From Vicugna vicugna (taxonomy: Eukaryota), in assembly GCA_013265495.1 (NCBI GenBank), contig MU059902.1, positions 4,361,862-4,425,861 of the forward strand: a DNA stretch of 64,000 bases. Direction: 5' to 3'. A program made the translations under genes and the position numbers. The notes under the pieces are model-generated. The model did not search any database and was not told the origin of the DNA. It saw only the letters and a program-made list of their open reading frames with translations. Position 1 is the first letter of the stretch, and each line of letters begins with the position of its first letter. This document shows, one piece after another, positions 56,496-64,000 of the stretch.

Positions 56496-57284
56496 TTAAG
56501 GCGGGAGTTGCAGATCCAACCCCCCGCTCATTTCCTGGGGCTCAGCTGACATGCTGCTATCTTCCAAGTGCAGCTCCCTGGCTGGCACCTCTCTTCCTCC
56601 ACCCAGAACAGGTGCCTGGGGTTCGGGAGATCTGCAGGTCTGTATGTGGATTTTCATTGTCATGACTGGAAGAGCCTTTTGCAAATCGCTCCCATTTTCC
56701 CCTGGGCTGAGCCGAGTCAATACTTGGACGTGATGGGTTATAAACACAGCTAATTGGAGGTTCGGTGAGGCCGGGCTGGGGCTGCACAGCCCTCGCGTGA
56801 ACTGCTCCATTCGCACCCCACCCCCAATCTCCTTTGATCCACATTTCGTAAGGGCGTCTTGCCCTAGAATTATGAGAGCAGAAATCGGAGCAAGAATCTT
56901 CCGCGTTCTATTTCTGGCTCTGACACAGACGACTGCGTGTGGGCAGATCATAACACCAGAATCTTCTCCGGTATCTGGGAAAGAGCGCACGTCACGGTGG
57001 GCGTGCCCTGCCCCTGCCCTGCCCCCGAGGGGGGCAGGGGCTCAGCCCGGACCACCGGGGTGGGTCAGGACACGCGGGAACTTCCCCACGGGTCATGCCC
57101 GGTGGGTCCCCCGTGCTCGGGAGCAGGGTGAGCTCTTGCCCTGATCGCCTAGAACCGCGAGGCCCGGCCTCTCGGAACAGGGACGCCAGCTGACCCAGAG
57201 TCTCGGGTTCCCACCGGACTAGTCACGGGCTACCCAAGGACAGGAGACTGCTCTGTACTTGCGAAGGCCCCAGCTCCGATTGCA

Positions 57285-57345
57285 GGGCCAGGCCCTCGAT
57301 ACACTCTGGTTGGTTGAACAAATGAATAATCGAATGAATGGATGA
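57285..57345 (+). mobile_element. L2 3'-tail fragment
   Basis: tggttgaacaaatgaataatcgaatgaatggatga. Confidence 0.5.
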
Positions 57346-59186
57346 ACAGACGGGGTCCCCTGGGGCCACGTCTCCCTGCTGTGCGACCTGTTTCGACCCC
57401 TGGAGTTTGCAGATGGCGACTTCCAGGGCAGCCAGGGCCCTGAGTGAGCACAGGACGCCTCTCCCTCGTGCGGGCAGCCGGGAGGGGACAGCCTATTTCT
57501 GTAAAAAAGAAATCAAGTGAAAACCTGAGCTGAGCCCCATGGGACTCCGCTGCCTCCCGTGAGCCCAACTCCGCCAGAGCAGCAGGGAGAAGACGGGGCA
57601 GGGGGCGGCCCACAGCCCAGGGGCCAGGAAACCCCACGACGATTCCTGAGTTGAAAATAAGGGTTTGAACAGCTTTCTAATTACTCTCCACACTCACATG
57701 CGCTGAAATACCCAGTGGGCCGAGCCTAGAACCTTGCTAACTTCATCTGTGAGGAAACTGGACCAGAAGAGGCCACGGGCAGGAACCCAGGCTGGGATGG
57801 CGATCTGGGGAGGAAGTTCTCCGAGGATCTCTCGAGGACGCAGCAGAACGGTGAGTGCATACTCTGACTCCCCTGGAGCTCTAGCATGCGTCACCTGGGA
57901 GCCCGCGGAAGCCTGGCAGAGGCCGCCCCGCTTCACAGATGTGTACACTGAGGCCCAGGGCTCTCGGCCCTCGCCAGGTCCCGCGGGGGCTGGAGTGCAG
58001 GCTCACCCCTGCGCTGCTGCAGCTGAGCCGCTCCGCACCAGCCAGCGTCGGGCACCGCGGGGCGCCCAGCTAGGGGTGCCGCTATTGTTCGTGGAAAGTT
58101 CCAGCACTGTGGGCAGAGTGCAGTTCTGAGGGACCTCCCTCCCTTCAGAACCCTGGCCACGCACAGCAGGTTCCCAGGCCCAAGGACACGCGTGAAAGCT
58201 GGTGGACCACGTCGGGGATAGGCCGGCACAGCAGAACTGCGGGGCAGGGAAGCCCCTCTCCAGCATCTCTGTGCGCTTTCTCCCTGCATCCCCTTCGGGG
58301 AGGCTGGACCTTGCCCAGGTCAGCCACGTGACGCCCCAGCCAGGCCCTTAGACGAGATGGTATTAGAGCCCCCGGACCTGTATGCCCCTCTCAGTACACG
58401 GTGACCCCGACGGTCCCACCCCACCACACAGCTGCCTTCTCAGGGGAAGAGAGAGACACTGCTGTCCTTAACCCCGTGTGCCAGGGGCCCTCTGAGCAGG
58501 GTTCTGGCTTGCCCTCGCACCCCGAGAGGCCTGTGGAAATGGCCTCGTCGGTCCCTACAAGGGGGAAGGCACGCTCACATCCGCTCTCTCCCAGCAGAGC
58601 CCTCCCCCCTCGGGGGCACGCCCTATGGCCTTGCAGAGGCACTGAGGGCTCGCCGATGCCCCTCCCTGCTCTGTTATCACAGCTGAGAGGAGGAGGGGGC
58701 GTTCTGGCCTCCAGGGAGGGGTCTTGGGGGATGGGCAACGTGAAGAGGATTGGCTGCTGGTGCCAGCCCCCAGCCCCCGAGGCCCCTTCCTGGTGGGTGT
58801 CGAGGAGAACCCCAGCCCCCCAGGACAGATCGGATCAGAGGCAATGGGAGCAAAGGGCGCCAGCCCAGAGCCTCGTGGCTTCAGCTTTTCTCTAGAAGCT
58901 ACCAGGCTAAGAGGCCACGGTGGGAGTGCCTCTGCCTTTGCCCCAGGCAGGCGGGGAGCCGCAGGAGCTAGTCCTTCTGGAATGCCAGGTGACCAGTACC
59001 CTGAGCTTGCTCCATGGGCCTCCATATGCCACCATAAGCTTTGAGGCCACAGTCCCTGAAACCACCTGCTTCCCCTTCCTTCTCAAGCGGTCCCTGCAAC
59101 TCTGACCTGATATGATGACAGGCCGACCACGCCCACGGCCCCTTGGCTGGCCTGCCTCGTCCTGCACCCTTTCCTTCCACTGCCAC

Positions 59187-59255
59187 TGAGGTATAATTGA
59201 CAAATAAAGCTAAATACATTTAAAGTGTACAGCAGGATGCTTTGATATGCTGTAC
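59187..59255 (-). mobile_element. Short L1M 3'-end fragment
   Basis: gaggtataattgacaaataaagctaaatacatttaaagtgtacagc. Confidence 0.55.
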
Positions 59256-60417
59256 TTTGCTTAGCTCTTTGGGGGCACTTAAAATGCCAAGAGGAAGCTG
59301 CAGCTCTTCCCCGCAGATGACATCTTGAAGGAGCCTGAGCAAATGTCAGCTCTTCACTTACTTCCCAAAACAACAACAAGAAAATGTTCTCATGGTAAAA
59401 GCATCTGCGCTCTCTCCTTTTAATTTCGGAAGCTGAATCTATGAGCGAGACTCAGAAGAGATACCCAGAGAAGAAAGACACAGTCTCTGCCTAGAGGAAA
59501 AGGGGGAGTACAGGCACAGTTCGATCCAGCCGTGCAGGGGGACAAGAACTGCTCCAGCCCTGAGTGTGGCGGCGGGGCCGGTGGGTGGCGAGTGTCCCCT
59601 GGAGTGTCTGTTTTTCCCTCTGCACTTCTGGATGCCCGGCTCCAAGACGCACCTGACGGGCACTCCAGGAATGCCGTTTCTACGGGGGAGGGGGGCCCCT
59701 GTCCAGCAGATGTGGGCTTAGCCCTGAAGGGCAGGAGGGGCGGGTGCTCTCCTGCTGGGGGAGATGCATCTTCTCTTCCAGCTCTGGCCTGAAAGGAGGG
59801 CCGTGGGTTCTGCGGCGCCGTCTCCAGCTGCGGAGCAGCAGGCCCTGCGTCCGGCCTGCGGCCTGGGCTGGCAGGAAGCACAGCACCCGTCCCAGAAATC
59901 AACCCACAGGGACGACAAATCCAGCAGGAGAAGCAGTGGCTCGTGTTTTCGCTTTTCTTTAAGATTTGCAAAGATGAGACGAGAGCAGGAAGAAGGGAAG
60001 TGCCTCCCCATCGCCCGTGTCTTCTCCAGACGCCGGGCCAGGTGGGCTGAGACGGAACCCGGTCTCAGGGACAGTGGTGCTGGGCCCGCTGCTTCGACTT
60101 CTCTTCTGGTGTCTTGTAGACTCATTTTCTCCCCAAAGCCAAAGTCAACAACAGTAAACTTCACAAGAACCTCTGCCCTAAATGTGCAGCAGACTCGCCT
60201 CCCCTCCCCGCCACCTCATCTAATAGGATGTAACATAATCCACGTGTGGCCAAGGAAAATGTCCAGAAACTTCTGTTCTCAGGGTAAAGAGCCCCTTCCC
60301 TCTGCAGCCGTCTCACCAAACAGCCCCCACCCAAAGGGTTCGCTCTCGGGGGGCCACACGGACAGGAGGGAGGAGCTGTATTTGGTTGGCTATGGGGGGT
60401 GGGAAGAAGGGGGCACT

Positions 60418-60594
60418 TCTGTGGTTGAACTTTGTCCCCCAAAAAAGATGCTGAAGTGCTAGCCCCCAGGACCTGCGAAGGTGACCTTGTTTTTGAAAAA
60501 GAGTCTGCAGATGCAATCAGGTTAAAGATGGCAAGATGAGATCATCTTGGATTATCTGGGGGGCGGGAGGCCCTAAATCCAATGACCAGTTGAC
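60418..60594 (+). mobile_element. MLT1 LTR 5' fragment
   Basis: tgtggttgaactttgtcccccaaaaaagatgctgaagtgctagcccc...gatgagatcatcttggattatc...ccctaaatccaatgacc. Confidence 0.75.
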
Positions 60595-61249
60595 TTGCAT
60601 CTCCCTCCAAAGCTATGCTGGAGCCCTGCCAGCCAGGACCTAAGTTTCCTTATTTGGAAATGAGGCCTTTGCAGAGGTAAGCCAGCTACCGCAAGGCCCA
60701 GCCCACATGCTCCTGCTGGCCCACCAGGGAGTCCTGGTTAGCGCGGTGACACCCACGGGACACCGACCTGGCCGAGGGCTCCTCCCCCCCGACCAGCTCC
60801 CCTGACGCAAGAAAAGGAAGAGCTGTCGGTATCGAGGTCCGGAGCCTGGCCATCTATTCACTCGCTGGAGGTGCTACTTATGGGTGGGCAGCCAGGACGG
60901 CCGCGCTTCTTAATTAATGACCCACCTCTTGGTGTTGATGCATAATTTATTCCAATGATTTTTCTCCTCCCAGGACACAACAGAATGACGAGCTCCCAGC
61001 TGGCCCAGAAGAGAAGGAGCAGGAGAGTAGGGGCAGCACCCTCGGGGTCTGCAGGCCCCATGAACATCAGGGGCTAACTCAGCGGGTGCCCAAGATGGAA
61101 GATTCCAGAAGCTTGATGCTCCTCTCCAAACTGGCCAGGGTGGAGGTGCAGGGCGTCTGACGGCCCACCTGGACCCATCACCTTAATGGCCATTATCCCT
61201 GCACTCACTTGTTCAAACCCACTTACTGGCATCCCCAGCTTCCAGGATG

Positions 61250-61560
61250 TAGTGGTCACCAAAGCTGCAATAACAAAGCACCAGGAGCACAGGGGCTTAA
61301 CCCCACCCACTCATTATGTCAGCTTCTGTGGATCAAGAGCCCCTTGTGGCTTCCCTGTGTCCTCCACTGGGGTCTTACAGGCCCTGAGCTCCAGACGGCA
61401 TCACTGCTCTGAGGCTCCTGGTACCCCTGACACCTGGGCTGTGTTCTCATCCGGAAGCCCGACTAGGGAGGGGCCTGCCTGTAAGTTCATTTCCAGGCAT
61501 CAGCAGAATTCACATCCTCATGGCCATGAGACTGAGACCCAGCCCCAGTGAACTTACTCA
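61250..61560 (-). mobile_element. MLT1 (E/F/G-like) LTR fragment, antisense
   Basis: gctgcaataacaaagcacc...ggcttaa...cttctgtggatcaagagc...ctgggctgtgttctcatccggaagcccgactaggg...cagaattcac. Confidence 0.6.
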
Positions 61561-64000
61561 ATCCCTCTGAAACGTGGATTTCAGCAGCATCCTGAGCACA
61601 GAAGCAACTTTCATGGAATCTTCCATCTTGGGCTGCATTTGGCTGGCCTTGTCTCCTCACTGAGTTCTCCTCTCCACCTTGGTCCAGGAGCACCTCCTCC
61701 CCCAGCCCACCCTCCCGTGGGGTCTCTGTCGTCAGCTCCCATTGGAACCAGCCTCACTGGGCCTGTCACCTCAGCCCTGGCTGCAGACCTGGCCAGTCTC
61801 CTCTTCCCTGCCTGCTGGACAGGAGACGGCCTTGCTACCCTGGGCTCCCTGGACCCTTCTGAAAGAAGACTTTTCCACACTTGAACAAGACTTCCCTCCA
61901 GCAGGCCGCTGCCTGCACTCCGGCTGCAGGCGACCAGATAACCTTGGCCGAGCTGGGAGTCCCCACTAGCCTCTGCAACCTGGAGCCTGCGGGCTACAGG
62001 TGGCTGCATCCTCTCCTCCTAGACACGGCCAGTCTGCTGCTCTGGACATGAGCTGGAGTCGCTCCCCACACGGGGGAGACTGTGCACCCCCAGTAAAGCC
62101 TGGGCCCCAGAGGGAAGCGTGAGGGACTCATTTCTAAGTGTGGGTCCGAGTCTCCAGCAGGAGCAGAGCCAGTCCCGGTGGGGGTTTGAGCAGACAGTTG
62201 AAGGGTGTGCTCCAGATGGCTGTTTAGTGGCCCCAAATCCCTCCAGCCTCCGGCAAAGGCTCCCACAGAGCAGAAGCTGACTCCCGCACCTGGAAGGGGC
62301 TGGAGCTTGCATCCCCTTGGGGATGGAACGAGCACTGAGCACTTGGTGATGTTTTCCCAAGAACTTGTTTGACTGGGGCGGGCGGGAATTGCAAGGCCTG
62401 GAAGATGGGGCGCAGGGGTTGGTGCAGGGCAGCGTCTGGGAGGCATTCTTCCAATTCTGCTGACCCACTACATCACCAGGTGAGGACCCCAAGCTCACGT
62501 CACCACGGTGGGGGATCCCAGTCATGGCCAAGGCCAGTGGGGACAGAAGCCGGCTTGCACACTGGGGACAGCCCTCCCATGGCTCCTGTCTACACTTAAG
62601 AGAAACATCCAATTCCTCTTCTGCCCAGGACCCCCCTCTGCTCCCCCCAGGAAAGCTCCAGCTCCCGCCCTGCCCCCGCCTGCTCTTCCCACAACCAGTC
62701 TCCTGCCTGGAGGCCTCTGCATTTGGCCCTGGAAGGCTCCCCACCCACACCCCCCGAGACACCTCCCCGCCAGTCGGGCCTCGCTCACCTGCCCCCACCT
62801 CCACCAGAAGCGACCTCTGTTCGCCTGCTCACAGTCCCCACCTGCAGGCGCAGGGCCTCCTCTGTGCCCCCCAGCCCTGGTGGACACGTCCCCCTCGAGC
62901 TGGTGCAGGTCTTCCAGTGAAAAGGGGACGGTCCCTCACTGGGTAAAGCTGGGTTTCCCAGGCCCTGACTAAGGCCCCACTCTCTCCACCACCAGCCCAA
63001 CTCCTCTGCCCCAGCAACCAAGGCCAGCCCTTCCCCAGCTCAAGGGCCCTGCCTCCCCGTATCTCTGTCCTCTCCCCACCGTGAACTTTCATCCTCTTCT
63101 GCACCACTCACACCGGCAGGCAGTGGGCCTTCACGCTCCCTCCCTAAAACAGCGAAAGTCCTCTGACACCTCTGTAGTCCTCTCCCCTCCCCGTTCCGGC
63201 TCCCCTGCAGACCAGACTCCTAAACCCTTTGTCTCCGCCCACTGCCTCCACTCGCCTCCCTCCCCTCTCCCCATAATCCTCCCCAGTGGGGCTCCTCACC
63301 AGGCCTCCCATCGCCCACACCTGACGCAGGACAAGGGGACAGTCACCTGCCCTCTCACCTCCCTTGCCTCCCGGGAGCCCTGCCCCTTCCTTGTCCATGT
63401 CCTCCCCCTCCCCTTCCTCCTTCCCCCCTCCCATCCCCCCACCATTCCTCATGCTTCACTGCCTCCCCGGGCCCCGTGTCCAAGCCCATCGCACACTGTC
63501 CACACTCTCCCCAGGTGATCTCAGGCGTCCACATCCAAACACGGGAGGGCTCCTGAGTGTCCACCCCAAGGCTCAGCCTTCCTTCCCCAAACTCGCAAAC
63601 CCAGGAGCCCACAGACGTCCCACCTGGACAGCGACTGCGGCAGCTCAAGGCGACTCTGCTGAGCAGGGCCGAGGCTCCTCCTAACCCGTGCCACCCGCGA
63701 CGCCTATATCAGCCAGACCCAAACCCAGAGGCCTTCTAGATTGCTCTTTCCCTCACCTGCCTACCAGATTTCTCAGCAAGTCCCGTCCGCCCCCGTCCTC
63801 CCGTCTCCGCTGGACTCCCGCCATCACCTCCGCTGTGGCCCCCCACCCACGGTCTGTCCTCCAGGAGCCTCTATGGGACCACGTCCCTCTGCTCATCCCA
63901 GGACACTCGGGGTAAAACCCAGAGCCTCAGACTGCCTCCAAGCACCTCAGGACCTCGCCCGGCCCAGAACCCTGACCTCCCCTCCCAGACCCCCTCTCAC

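Larger units (their letters stand above)
28236..64000 (-). other. AJAP1: AJAP1 intron 2 (partial; exon 2 outside window)
   Basis: no ORF resembling the AJAP1 ectodomain upstream of exon 3; repeat-rich non-coding composition. Confidence 0.8.

Noticed and set aside
58100-58120. Weak RE1-like CAGCACTGTGGGCAGAG (also a right half-site at 17300)
   Set aside because: Several mismatches in core positions
1-64000. CRISPR arrays, prokaryotic operons or an intact retroviral ORF
   Set aside because: The window is mammalian intronic, UTR and intergenic DNA; no regularly spaced repeat-spacer units and no gag/pol/env-like ORF were seen

Overview
GC-rich (roughly 60% by eye) mammalian genomic window, probably camelid, inferred from three tRNA-Ala-derived SINEs resembling Vic-1. 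The one recognisable gene is the 3' half of AJAP1 (SHREW1) on the minus strand: exon 3 (transmembrane, 28148-28235), exon 4 (25693-25935), exon 5 (23756-23887, canonical stop at 23815-23817) and a terminal exon starting at 16617 that probably extends about 9.4 kb to an ATTAAA at 7229-7234. Exon numbers follow the human gene as recalled. 28236-64000 is intron 2, with MaLR LTRs, L1M, MIR, L2 and MER58 remnants; exons 1-2 lie outside the window. Main finding: the nominally non-coding last exon begins with a hidden reading frame (G ATT CCG TTG GTG AAC CTG TAA). Skipping exon 5 gives the C-terminus ...NGNRIPLVNL*, matching the recalled C-terminus of the paralog PIANP. Exon 5 is 132 nt and its only in-frame stop is a UGA-C, so readthrough would also reach IPLVNL. 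That stop lies 59 nt upstream of the last junction, at the NMD boundary. Together this suggests a splice/readthrough/NMD switch between C-termini. Other signals: a 121-bp inverted repeat in intron 2 with an 82-bp core at 77/82 identity, strong AT-to-GC substitution bias (one SINE copy; exon 4 GC3 77/80), two RE1/NRSE sites, a perfect DR4, and a G-quadruplex/CPE/UGUA module at the distal poly(A) site. Repeat names and orthologue comparisons come from memory, not database searches.
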